A DNA stretch of 64,000 nucleotides from an uncultured Gemmatimonadales bacterium (lineage in GTDB: Bacteria > Gemmatimonadota > Gemmatimonadetes > Gemmatimonadales > GWC2-71-9): assembly GCA_963707875.1 (NCBI GenBank), contig CAVPRU010000003.1, forward strand, positions 151,046 through 215,045, read 5' to 3'. The notes below the pieces were generated by a model. The model was not told the origin of the DNA. It saw only the letters and a list, made by a program, of their open reading frames with translations, and did no database searches. The position numbers and the translations under genes are program-made. Positions 1 through 9,227 of the stretch are shown here, one piece after another; the stretch's first letter is position 1; each line of letters begins with the position of its first letter.

Positions 1-1423
1 TCTGGTCGAGGGTCAACTCCCCATGGGTCGTGGCGCCCTCCGTCAGCCCGAAACGCACTTCGAGATCCCGGGGCGTCAGGGTCTCACGATGAAGCACGCG
101 ATCGGCAAACCCCGGCAGGACCTCGCCGATCAGTCGGGTGACGCGATCGGTCAGGGCGGCCCGCCGGGCATCATCCCACTCTCCGTCCCTCAGAGTATGC
201 GGTGTCCACTGGACCTTCGCCACCATCACCTGCCGGCCGACTGGGGCCAGGCCGGGCCAGGTCAGCGAGGGGACATGCAGTTCGAGGTGGGGGTGGGCCG
301 AGACTTCCCCGTACTTCGACGCGTCGTAGGCCCGTTCGAGCGCCACCGTCCCGGGGGTCAGACTGAGCGGACCCCGGAGGGCAGCCTCCGGCAGATCGGC
401 CCGAGCCGGGAGCCCATCGAGCGCAAAGAGCAGGTACGACGCCGCGCCCCGGAACTTGATGTTTCGCACTGCGAGCAGGAAGTCAGGGTCAAGCCAGACG
501 GGATCGACCAGTTGAAGGAAGGTGCGCACCGGGTCGGTCGTCGTGAGCACGGTCGTCGCGGCCAGTTCCTCTCCGCCATCGAGCACCACACCGGTCACCA
601 CGTCATCCCGCACCACGATGCGGTGCACCGCTGCCCCAGTCCGAATCTCCACCCCGGCTGCGCGCGCGGCCTGTTCGGCCGCGATCAGAAAGCCATCCGG
701 GCCTGACAGCCAGCCGCCCCGATTCCGCAATCCACCCGCCGGCGCCCCGATCAGGTGATGGAGCAGAACGAACGCGGTGCCGCCGGACCGCGGCCCCTGC
801 CTGATGTCCTGCACACCCCCGGCAGTGATCCCGGCCAACAGCAGGTCCGACTCGAACCAGTCACCGGCGAGCTCCTGTACCGCCATCGGCATGACACGCA
901 GGAACTCGATCATGTCCTTGCGACCCAACCCGCGGAACTTGCGGGCCAGTCCGGCCAAGGGGAGCAGCTCGCCGAGTGAAGACGTGTCGATGTCTGGCGC
1001 CGGCAGCTGGTACACCTCACCGAGGAATCGGGCGAGCCGGTGGAGCTGCCCGATGAACTCGGGCCACCGGGTCGCGTCCCGTTCCGACAACCGACGGAGC
1101 GCGGCCCAGGCGCCCTTTGGATCGCAGGGCACCACCAGGGCCTCGGCGGGACCGGCCACGGCCAAGGCGTACTCCGGGGTGGCCCGGGCCAGGCCGGTGA
1201 GACCCAGGCCCTTGGCCACGGAATCAGGCAACCACCCCTGATCCGTACCAGGCACCGGCGCGCGGAAGCCGGGAGCGAACTCGTGCATCCGTCCCTGGCC
1301 GCCCAGCACCTCGCCTCGCTCGAGCAACAGGACCTTGCGGCCCGCGCGACCCAGGGCCGCCGCGGCCACCAGCCCGTTGGCGCCGCCCCCGATCACGATC
1401 ACGTCAGGGCCTCGGCCGGTCAC
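1..1423 (-). CDS. Phytoene dehydrogenase-like NAD(P)/FAD-dependent oxidoreductase (3' end runs off the window)
   Basis: Not in the ORF track because it has no stop in the window. Manual translation from GTG 1423 gives MTGRGPDVIVIGGGANGLVAAAALGRAGRKVLLLER (FAD Rossmann motif), then LERAYDASKYG and FGLTEGATTHGELTLDQ in the same frame. It parallels the neighbouring gene and shares a GTGA overlap with it. Confidence 0.9.
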   Translation of the reverse strand, partial: MTGRGPDVIVIGGGANGLVAAAALGRAGRKVLLLERGEVLGGQGRMHEFAPGFRAPVPGTDQGWLPDSVAKGLGLTGLARATPEYALAVAGPAEALVVPCDPKGAWAALRRLSERDATRWPEFIGQLHRLARFLGEVYQLPAPDIDTSSLGELLPLAGLARKFRGLGRKDMIEFLRVMPMAVQELAGDWFESDLLLAGITAGGVQDIRQGPRSGGTAFVLLHHLIGAPAGGLRNRGGWLSGPDGFLIAAEQAARAAGVEIRTGAAVHRIVVRDDVVTGVVLDGGEELAATTVLTTTDPVRTFLQLVDPVWLDPDFLLAVRNIKFRGAASYLLFALDGLPARADLPEAALRGPLSLTPGTVALERAYDASKYGEVSAHPHLELHVPSLTWPGLAPVGRQVMVAKVQWTPHTLRDGEWDDARRAALTDRVTRLIGEVLPGFADRVLHRETLTPRDLEVRFGLTEGATTHGELTLDQ

Positions 1424-3003
1424 ACGGCCCCCTTGCCAAGCATCGCGAGGGCGGCCAGCCGACCGGAGGCACCCATGATCCCACCGCCGGGGTGGGTGCC
1501 GGCGCCGCATTGCCAGTACCCTTCGATCGGGGTCCGGTACTTGGCCCACTGTGGCAGGGGCCGGAGAAAGAACAGCTGGTGCAGGGCAAGTTCTCCCTGG
1601 AAGATGTTCCCCTCGGTCAGTCCGGTGATCCGCTCCATGTCGAGCGGGGTCAGGACCTGCCGGTGGAGGATCCGCTCCTTGAGGTTCGGAGCATAGCGCG
1701 CCAGGGTGTTGACCACCGCATCACCAAACGCCTCGCGCCTGGCGTCGGTCCAGCCGCCGTTCAGCGCATAGGGGGCGTACTGGACGAAGATGCTCATCAC
1801 ATGCTTGCCCGGCGGGGCCATCGTGGGATCGATCATCGAGGGGATGATGACGTCCATGTACGGATTCCGGGAGAACTCGCCGTATTTGGCGTCGTCGTAG
1901 GCTCGCTCGAGGTAATCGAGGCTCGGGCTGATCGAGATGGCGCCCCGGAGGTGGGGGCCCAGGCCGGGCAGACAGGTCAGATCGGGAAGGCCATCGAGGG
2001 CCAGGTTCACCTTGCCCGAGGAACCGCGGAACTTGAACTTCCGGATCGCCTCGGTCAGTTCACCGGGCAGTTCCTTCTCCTCGACCAGTTGCAGGAAGGT
2101 CCGCCTCGGATCGAGCCCGGAGACCACCACCGGCGCCTGGATCTCTTCGCCACTCTCCAGCGCCACCCCGGTCACCTTGCCGTGCTTGACCAGGACCCGT
2201 TCGACGCCGGCGCTGGTGCGGATGGTGGTGCCGAACGACTGCGCCGACCGGGCGATCGTCTCGCTGATGGCCCCGGTGCCGCCCTTCTGGAAGCCCCAGG
2301 CGCGGAACGCCCCGTCGATATCGCCCATGTAGTGGTGCAGCAGCACATAGGCCGAACCGGGTGAGCGGGGTCCGAGGAAGGTGCCGATGATCCCGCTCGC
2401 GGACTTGGTGGCCTTGAGGGGATCGAACTCGAACCACTCGTCCAGATAGTCGGCGCTGCTCATCGTCATGAGCTTGTAGAGCGCGTGCACCTGCTCCGCG
2501 CCCAGCTGCCGGAAGTGCTTGCCTAGCTGCAGCAGGCCCTTGAGGTCGGAGGGGGCGAGCGAGGCGGGGTCAGGTGGGATCATCCCCAGAATCGGCCGGA
2601 CCGCCATCGCCATGTGCTGCATCAGCCGCCCGAAGCCGACTGCGGCTTCCGCGTCCCGCGGTGAATGGCGGGACAGCTCGCGGCGGGTCTCATCGGGATC
2701 GGCCCAGCTGCCGAGGTAGTCGCCGTTGTCCAGCGGGGTGACGGTGCTCTCGAGGGGGAGAATCTGCAGCCCGTGGCGGGGCAGCTCCAGGTCACGGATG
2801 ATCTCCGGCCGGAGCAGGCTCACCACGTAACTGAAGACGGAGAACTTGAATCCGGGAAAGATCTCCTCGGTGACCGCGGCTCCCCCCACCATGGGGCGGC
2901 GCTCCAGCACGAGGACCTGCTTGCCGGCCCGAGCCAGGTAGGCGGCGGTGACCAGCCCGTTATGGCCGCCACCGATGATGATCGCGTCGTACCGGCGGCT
3001 CAT
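1420..3003 (-). CDS. Phytoene dehydrogenase-like (PYROXD2/COG1233-type) FAD oxidoreductase
   Basis: Start re-called at ATG 3003 (MSRRYDAIIIGGGHNGLV; ATGA overlap with the upstream stop). C-terminal YRTPIEGYWQCGAGTHPGGGIMGASG is typical of the family. Confidence 0.92.
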   Translation of the reverse strand: MSRRYDAIIIGGGHNGLVTAAYLARAGKQVLVLERRPMVGGAAVTEEIFPGFKFSVFSYVVSLLRPEIIRDLELPRHGLQILPLESTVTPLDNGDYLGSWADPDETRRELSRHSPRDAEAAVGFGRLMQHMAMAVRPILGMIPPDPASLAPSDLKGLLQLGKHFRQLGAEQVHALYKLMTMSSADYLDEWFEFDPLKATKSASGIIGTFLGPRSPGSAYVLLHHYMGDIDGAFRAWGFQKGGTGAISETIARSAQSFGTTIRTSAGVERVLVKHGKVTGVALESGEEIQAPVVVSGLDPRRTFLQLVEEKELPGELTEAIRKFKFRGSSGKVNLALDGLPDLTCLPGLGPHLRGAISISPSLDYLERAYDDAKYGEFSRNPYMDVIIPSMIDPTMAPPGKHVMSIFVQYAPYALNGGWTDARREAFGDAVVNTLARYAPNLKERILHRQVLTPLDMERITGLTEGNIFQGELALHQLFFLRPLPQWAKYRTPIEGYWQCGAGTHPGGGIMGASGRLAALAMLGKGAV

Positions 3004-4187
3004 GCCCGTTTCCGTTTCGGGTCGAAGAACGGCAGCCTGGTGACCACCGCCTCGGCCTGGCGCCGCTGGTGCTCCACGGTCACTTCCATCCGGACCCTGG
3101 TACCTTCGCCGGCAAATGGGCGGCGCAGGTGGGCGAGGGCGATGTACTGCTTGAGGAGGGGCGACCAGCAACCACTCGAGGCGTACCCGGCCTGCTTGCC
3201 GTTGGCGTAGACCGGGGTACTGGCGCGCCAGGCGACGGTCGGCAGGTGGGGCGGCAGCCGATGGGCGGCGTAGATCGCTTCGAGCGAGGGCCAGTCCACG
3301 GCCAATCCCACCAGACTCCAGGCCGGGCCAAGGACCCGTTCGGCTTCGAGGGCTCGACGGCCGTTGTAGGGGCCCTTGTCCCTCGCCACCGTCCAGCCGA
3401 GCCCGAGTTCGAATGGGGTGGACTTCTGGTCTTCGATCAGGGCCCGGTGGCTGGGGTGATAGTCCACATCCAGCATCACGAGTCCAGCTTCGATCCGGGC
3501 GATGTCGAGCGCCCAGATCCCCGCCGGGGTGATCCCGAACCCCTTCCCGTCCGCCATCAGGGCGTCCCACACCGCCACGGCCTGGTCGGCGGGCACCCAG
3601 ATTTCGTAGCCCAGATCCCCGGTGTACCCGGTCCGCGACACCGTGACCGGCACCCGGGCGATCGTGGTGTGGAGCAGCCGGAAGTACTTGAGCGCATCCC
3701 AGTCGGCGTCACTCAACCGGGCGAGGATCTGGCGCGCCAGTGGACCCTGCAACGCCAGGGCAGCGGTGGTCTCGGAGACGTCCTGGATCGTCACGTCGAG
3801 CCCGACTGCGTTCAGCGTCAGCCAGCGCAGGTTCGGCTCGGCGGCGGTCAACCGCCAGGTCGCCTCATCGAGCCGGCTCACCGTGCCGTCGTCCACCACC
3901 TTGCCCGCGGCGTCGCACCAGGTGGTGTAGTAGACCTGGCCGACCTGACAGCTGGTCATGTCCCGGGTGACCATCCGGTCAAGCAACCGGACCGCATCGG
4001 GACCGGTGAGCAGGTACTTGTGGAGGGGCGAGACATCGAACACGGCGGCGGCGTTCCGGACCGCGGCGTATTCGCGATCGGGGTGAGGATCGTACGAACT
4101 GGCCACCTGATAGCCGGCCCACCGGCGCCAGGTCTGGGCTCGGATCAGGGGGGCGGTCCGGGAGTGGAACGGGGTGGTCTTCAGCAT
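3000..4187 (-). CDS. GcvT-family aminomethyltransferase / folate-binding protein
   Basis: Motifs LKTTPFH, EYAAVRNAAAVFDVS, ALQGP, SRTGYTGDLGYEIW, RIEAG and C-terminal PFFDP. Confidence 0.9.
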   Translation of the reverse strand: MLKTTPFHSRTAPLIRAQTWRRWAGYQVASSYDPHPDREYAAVRNAAAVFDVSPLHKYLLTGPDAVRLLDRMVTRDMTSCQVGQVYYTTWCDAAGKVVDDGTVSRLDEATWRLTAAEPNLRWLTLNAVGLDVTIQDVSETTAALALQGPLARQILARLSDADWDALKYFRLLHTTIARVPVTVSRTGYTGDLGYEIWVPADQAVAVWDALMADGKGFGITPAGIWALDIARIEAGLVMLDVDYHPSHRALIEDQKSTPFELGLGWTVARDKGPYNGRRALEAERVLGPAWSLVGLAVDWPSLEAIYAAHRLPPHLPTVAWRASTPVYANGKQAGYASSGCWSPLLKQYIALAHLRRPFAGEGTRVRMEVTVEHQRRQAEAVVTRLPFFDPKRKRA

Positions 4188-4241
4188 GAGTGCCGGGAAT
4201 CTAACCGTCGAAAACGATCCCGGCGCAACCCCTGCCGGGGC

Positions 4242-5174
4242 TCAGGAACCCGCGGCGTTCGCGGCCCGCCAGTTCCGACGGAGCCCGGCGAGACCGGGCC
4301 GGGCCAGCGGGGAATCGGCAAACCGGAGAGTGAATTCCAGGTCATCAATCCGCTCGAAGTACTCCGGGTCTTCCCGGTCGGGATCCGGCCTGGGGGCGTA
4401 CTCCGGATGAGAGCCCGGTCTGGCAAACCGGACATTCCAGGGACAGACCTCGTTGCAGATATCGCAGCCGAACGCCCACCCCTGAAGCTGCGGGAGCACG
4501 GCCTCGGGGATCGGCCCCTTCTGTTCGATGGTCAGGTACGAGATGCACCTCGTGGCGTCGAGCACCCGAGGCTCCACGAAGGCTCCGGTCGGGCAGGCAT
4601 CCAGGCAGGCAGTGCAGCTGCCGCAGTGGTCGGTGGCAAAGGGCCGATCCGGTTCCAGCGCCAGATCGGTCAGGATGGTCCCGATGAAGAAGTACGACCC
4701 CGCGCGCGGCTGGATCAGCATGGTGTTCTTCCCGATCCAGCCGAGCCCGGCCCGGACGGCCAGCTCCCGCTCGGGGACCGGCCCCGCGTCGACGTAGGGT
4801 CGTGCCACGCGGGCGCCACGGTCGGTGAGCCACCCGGCCAGCCGCTCGAGCCGAGCTTTCATGGTCTCGTGATAGTCCGCACCACCGGCGTACCGGGCGA
4901 TCTTGAGTCCCGGGCCTGATTCGATCGAGTCAGGGGTGAGATAGTTCTCCAGCACCACCACCGCGATCTTCGCCTCCGGGACGATCTCTCCCGGTATTTT
5001 CCGCTTCCGGGCCTGGCGGTGGAGATAGCGCATGTCGCCGCCGTACCCTGCTCCGAGCCACCGGTCCAGGGCCTCACCCCACCGGCTGGGTTCGAGGGAC
5101 GCGATGCCACAGGCCTCGAACCCGATCTCCCGCGCCGCCGCCCGGACCTCCTCGCGGCTCGGCGGGCCGATCAC
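4242..5174 (-). CDS. queG: Epoxyqueuosine reductase QueG
   Basis: ARYAGGADYH, VDAGPVPERELAVRAGLGWIGKN, CGSCTACLDACPT, CISYLTIE and GCDICNEVCPWN. GTG 5174 overlaps the ndh stop. Confidence 0.93.
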   Translation of the reverse strand: MIGPPSREEVRAAAREIGFEACGIASLEPSRWGEALDRWLGAGYGGDMRYLHRQARKRKIPGEIVPEAKIAVVVLENYLTPDSIESGPGLKIARYAGGADYHETMKARLERLAGWLTDRGARVARPYVDAGPVPERELAVRAGLGWIGKNTMLIQPRAGSYFFIGTILTDLALEPDRPFATDHCGSCTACLDACPTGAFVEPRVLDATRCISYLTIEQKGPIPEAVLPQLQGWAFGCDICNEVCPWNVRFARPGSHPEYAPRPDPDREDPEYFERIDDLEFTLRFADSPLARPGLAGLRRNWRAANAAGS

Positions 5175-6445
5175 CCGCCCCCCGTTGGCGCTTCGGGATG
5201 CCACGGGTGGGTGATGAGCCTGGCACCGCGCTCAAAGGTCAGATACGACCAGGCCCACTGGAAGAGCACCAGCACCCGGTTGGCAAATCCGATCAGATAG
5301 GCGATGTGGACGAAGATCCAGGTGAACCAGGCCGGGAAGCCCGCCAGCCGGATCCTGCCGAAGTCGGCGACGGCCTGGCCTCGGCCAATCACGGCCAGTT
5401 CCCCCTTGTTGACGTACCGGAAGGGCCGCCGGGGCCGGCCCGCCAGTTCATCCCGGAGCAGCCGGCCCAGGAAGAGGCCCTGCTGGATCGCGACCGGGGC
5501 GACTCCGGGCAGACCGCCTTCCCATCGGGGGTCGGCAAAGGCGGCAGCGTCCCCCAGCACGAAGGCATTGGGGTGTCCAGGCAGCGAGCAGTCGGACCCG
5601 ACGACAGCCCGGCCGCGCGAATCGAGTGGAACCCCCAGCGACTTCAGCAGAGGATTGGTAACGTTGCCGGCTGCCCAGATCACCGTATCGGTGGGGATGC
5701 TCCAGTCACCGGCTTCCACCAGTCCCGGCGCCATCCGGGTCACCATCGTATCGGTCCGGACCTCCACGCCGAGCCGGTGGAGGATCTCCTTTGATTTCTC
5801 GCTCAGGCTCTCCGGGTAGGAGGGCAACAGCCTCGGGCCCCCTTCGAGCAACACGACGGTGGCATCGCGCGGGTCGATCCGGCGGAAGTCGCGGCGGAGG
5901 GCGTACCGCTTGAGCTCGGCGAGTGCGCCCGCCACCTCGACCCCCGTCGGGCCACCCCCGATCACCACAAAGGAGAGGTGCCGCTGCCGCTCCTCGGCGG
6001 TGGGGGCCCGTTCGGCCCGTTCGAAGGCCAGCAGAATCCGCCGCCGGACCTCCACCGCGTCCTCCAGGGTCTTGAGCCCCGGGGCCAGGTCTTCCCATTC
6101 CGGATGGCGGAAGTAGCAGTGGCGAGATCCCGGGGCAAGGATCAGGTAGTCCCAGGCGATGACCTCGGCATCGGTCAGATGGATGGCGCGACCGGCCAGA
6201 TCCACCGCATCCACCTCACCCAGCAGCACCTCGACGTTCTTCCAGCGCCGGAGCACCGAGCGAATCGGCTTGGAGATGTCGGCGGGGTTCAGGGCCGCGC
6301 TGGCGACCTGATAGAGCAGTGGCTGGAAGACGTGATGATTGGCCCGGTCAATCAGAGTGACATCCACCGGCAGGCGACCCAATCGCTTGGCGACAGTGAG
6401 CCCCGCAAAGCCGCCACCGACGATGACGACGCGGGGCCGGCTCAC
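5171..6445 (-). CDS. ndh: Type II NADH:quinone oxidoreductase
   Basis: VVIVGGGFAG, NHHVFQPLLYQVA, GGGPTGVE, WAAG and AIQQG motifs. Start re-called at GTG 6445 (GTGA overlap). Confidence 0.9.
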   Translation of the reverse strand: MSRPRVVIVGGGFAGLTVAKRLGRLPVDVTLIDRANHHVFQPLLYQVASAALNPADISKPIRSVLRRWKNVEVLLGEVDAVDLAGRAIHLTDAEVIAWDYLILAPGSRHCYFRHPEWEDLAPGLKTLEDAVEVRRRILLAFERAERAPTAEERQRHLSFVVIGGGPTGVEVAGALAELKRYALRRDFRRIDPRDATVVLLEGGPRLLPSYPESLSEKSKEILHRLGVEVRTDTMVTRMAPGLVEAGDWSIPTDTVIWAAGNVTNPLLKSLGVPLDSRGRAVVGSDCSLPGHPNAFVLGDAAAFADPRWEGGLPGVAPVAIQQGLFLGRLLRDELAGRPRRPFRYVNKGELAVIGRGQAVADFGRIRLAGFPAWFTWIFVHIAYLIGFANRVLVLFQWAWSYLTFERGARLITHPWHPEAPTGGG

Positions 6446-6678
6446 AGCTGCATCGTCTGGCGACGCCAGCGGGCGAACCCGATCACGTCCCGGACCGGAG
6501 GAACTGCGTTCTCGTCGGCGTAGGCGGTGTACATCCGCCAGCGGAGGTAACGGCGGTCCGGCAGGGGCAGGAACGGCGGCCGACGCCACCAGTCACGGCG
6601 GCGGAACGCCCAGCCGGTCCGGAGCAGATCCACCGCCAGCCGGGGATTGACCAGGGCCCGGAGGGCAACGGCGAACAT
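6442..6678 (-). CDS. Small conserved-looking hypothetical protein (WWRRPPFLPLP...YLRWRMYTAY)
   Basis: Translationally coupled to ndh and has a Trp/Arg/Pro-rich core. The start is uncertain (ATG 6678 or TTG 6729). Confidence 0.65.
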   Translation of the reverse strand: MFAVALRALVNPRLAVDLLRTGWAFRRRDWWRRPPFLPLPDRRYLRWRMYTAYADENAVPPVRDVIGFARWRRQTMQL

Positions 6679-6799
6679 CACCCCGGACCAGGTCCGGCCG
6701 GACGAAGCAACGGGTGCTGGTGAGTGCAAGTGGGAGTCTCCGGTCAGGCCGGAAGGAATATAGCCCCCCGATCCAGCCTGCCCGGGCTGATCCTCAGGG

Positions 6800-7498
6800 T
6801 CACGGAAGGACCCGGATCCGGATCGAGCGGTAGGCCACCCAGTCGCCGTGGTCCTGCAGCCCGATGTATCCCTCCCCCGCCTGACCATACTCCTTCCACT
6901 GGGCGAACTTGCTCCCGGCGACCAGTGCCTTCCAATCGTCGCTCTGGAGCTGGTAGCGGACGATCAATCGGCCGTTGAGCCAGTGCTCGACCTGATGGCC
7001 CTGCACCACGATCCTGATCGCGTTCCACTCGCCGGCGGGCCGGACCACACCCCGGGGCGCGGGGTGAAGGCCGTAGTTGCTCCCCGCCGAGGTGAGTGGC
7101 GACTGCCCGTCGGCATGGAGAGCGTCATCGAGCACCTGCATCTCGGGGGCGCTGAAGTAGATCGCCGACGGGCCCTCGACTGCGCGGTAGAAGATGCCGC
7201 TGTTGCCGCCGGGGCCGATCTTCCATTCCAAGGCCAGCTCGAAGTCCCGGTATTGCTCGGTGGTGACGATGTCCCCACCCGCGGCCGCCCGGGTCAGGGC
7301 CCCGTCCACCACTTGCCATCCGGTGACCGCGTTCTTCATGTACCCCCGCCACCCGACGGTGGTCTGGCCATCGAAGAGGAGCTTCCATCCTGCCGCGCTT
7401 TCGGCATCGGTCAGGGTATTGGCCATGCTCTGGCTCTGGGCGGCTCCGACCGTCAGCAGGCTCAGCAGGGAGACGACGAGAAGGGAACGGCGGATCAT
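6800..7498 (-). CDS. DUF1080 (3-keto-disaccharide hydrolase-like) secreted protein
   Basis: Signal peptide, GWKLLFDG, DFELALEWK, GNSGIFYR, EMQVLDD and GYIGLQDHG. Confidence 0.9.
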   Translation of the reverse strand: MIRRSLLVVSLLSLLTVGAAQSQSMANTLTDAESAAGWKLLFDGQTTVGWRGYMKNAVTGWQVVDGALTRAAAGGDIVTTEQYRDFELALEWKIGPGGNSGIFYRAVEGPSAIYFSAPEMQVLDDALHADGQSPLTSAGSNYGLHPAPRGVVRPAGEWNAIRIVVQGHQVEHWLNGRLIVRYQLQSDDWKALVAGSKFAQWKEYGQAGEGYIGLQDHGDWVAYRSIRIRVLP

Positions 7499-9168
7499 GG
7501 CTGTCTCCGGGAAGCGACGCGTTGGCCGTCAAGCAGGGTGCCCAGCACCTGGACCCGGCGGAGATCGTCGGGCAGCACCGCCCGGGGATCTTCGGAGAGA
7601 ATCGTGAAGTCGGCCCGGAAGCCAGGAGCAATCATCCCCCGGCCGCTCTCGGCGAAGGCGGCCCAGGCGGGTCCGGTGGTCATCGCGGCGAGGGCGTCGG
7701 CAAGGGTGATCTTCTGCTCCGGCAGCCAACCACCAACCGGGAGCCCGTCCGCCCCGCGACGGGTCACCATCGAGAACAGGCTCAGGATCGGGTCGCCGGT
7801 ATCGGAGGCCGGGAAGTCCGTGCCGGCCGCGACCACGACGCCGGCCTCCCGGAAGTGCCGGGTGGGGACTGCCCAGCGGACCCGGTTGGGACCCAGTCGA
7901 TCGGCCGCCCAGCGGCGGTATTCACCGACGAAGACCGGCTGAATCGAGGCGACCACCCCGTGCCGGGCAAAGCGCTCGATGTCAGCGGGGCGGATTACCG
8001 AGACATGTTCGATCCGGAAGCGCTGCTCTCGGGCCGCGGAATCAACCCGCCCGAATGCGTCGAGCACCCGGGAGACCGCGCGATCACCGAGGGCATGGAC
8101 GGCGACCTGGAACCCCCGCTCCGCGGCCCGGCCGAGGATGTCATCCAGCAACGAGTCCGACAGCAGGACCAGACCCCGCTCCCCCGGGGCATCCGAGTAC
8201 GAGTCGGTCAGCTGTGCCCCGCGCGACCCCAGCGCGCCGTCCACCATGACCTTGAGCGCCCGGACGGTCAGCCGGCCATCAAAGAGATCGGTCTGGGGAC
8301 CTTCGGCGAGGGCGCTGTCGGCGCTGGCACCGGGGGCATTCACCATGGCGTACACCCGGATCGGCAGGCTGCCCTCGACGGCCAGGGCCTGGTACAGCCG
8401 CACGGTGGACCATGACACACCCGCATCGTGAACGCTGGTCAGCCCCCATCGGGCATATTGGGCCAGGGCCAGCTCCATCCGGCGTCGAACCATCGCTGGC
8501 GCGTCGGGAGGCACGGCGCTCCGGACCAGCTCCACCGCTTCGTCGACCAGGACACCGGAAGGATTCCCGGTCGAATCGCGGAAGAGACGACCGCCGGCCG
8601 GGTCCGGCGTGTCCGCGCTGATCCCTGCCAACTCCATGGCCTTGCTGTTGACCCAGACCGAGTGGAGGTCGATCCGGTCAAGCAGGACCGGGTGGTCTGG
8701 GGCCACCGAGTCGAGGTCGGCCGCCGTAGGGAACTCGACCGGGGTCCAGTATCCCTGGTCCCAGCCCCCACCCAGGATCCAGGTACCCGCCGGCGCCTCG
8801 GCGACGGCGGCGCCCACCCGGGCCACGATATCCTCCCGACTCAGCCCGCGCAGGTTCAGCCGCTCCAGCTGCTCCCCCAGCATGAGGACGTGGGCGTGGG
8901 CGTCGGCCAGCCCGGGCACCACCACGCCTTCGAGGGTGTCGAGCACCACGCCGCGGGGAGCCGCCTTGCGAACCTCCGCCACGGTTCCGATCATGGTGAT
9001 CCGGCCACCGGACACCGCGACGGCCTGGACGGTGGGGCGGGCCGAGTCGAGGGTGATGAAGGTGCCGACGAAGATCCTGTCGGCCGAGACCCGAGGGCCG
9101 CAGGCAGCGGCGGTCAGCAGGGCGGCAGCGAGGGCCGGGACGAGGCGAACGGCAATGGATGCGGTCAT
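7495..9168 (-). CDS. Amidohydrolase_3 (YtcJ-like) lipoprotein
   Basis: Lipobox-like LTAAAC, PGLADAHAH, KVMVDGALGSRGA, HALGDRA, RIEH and GTDFP. Confidence 0.88.
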   Translation of the reverse strand: MTASIAVRLVPALAAALLTAAACGPRVSADRIFVGTFITLDSARPTVQAVAVSGGRITMIGTVAEVRKAAPRGVVLDTLEGVVVPGLADAHAHVLMLGEQLERLNLRGLSREDIVARVGAAVAEAPAGTWILGGGWDQGYWTPVEFPTAADLDSVAPDHPVLLDRIDLHSVWVNSKAMELAGISADTPDPAGGRLFRDSTGNPSGVLVDEAVELVRSAVPPDAPAMVRRRMELALAQYARWGLTSVHDAGVSWSTVRLYQALAVEGSLPIRVYAMVNAPGASADSALAEGPQTDLFDGRLTVRALKVMVDGALGSRGAQLTDSYSDAPGERGLVLLSDSLLDDILGRAAERGFQVAVHALGDRAVSRVLDAFGRVDSAAREQRFRIEHVSVIRPADIERFARHGVVASIQPVFVGEYRRWAADRLGPNRVRWAVPTRHFREAGVVVAAGTDFPASDTGDPILSLFSMVTRRGADGLPVGGWLPEQKITLADALAAMTTGPAWAAFAESGRGMIAPGFRADFTILSEDPRAVLPDDLRRVQVLGTLLDGQRVASRRQP

Positions 9169-9227
9169 GAGAGGACCTGGCAACGGTACGGACGGCCGGT
9201 CCTGAAGGCAAGCACTATATTCCCCCC

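Noticed and set aside
1420-3003. Carotenoid biosynthesis (crtI) assignment
   Set aside because: There is no crtB, crtE or crtY in the window, and the coupling to a GcvT-like gene fits the uncharacterised COG1233 subgroup better.
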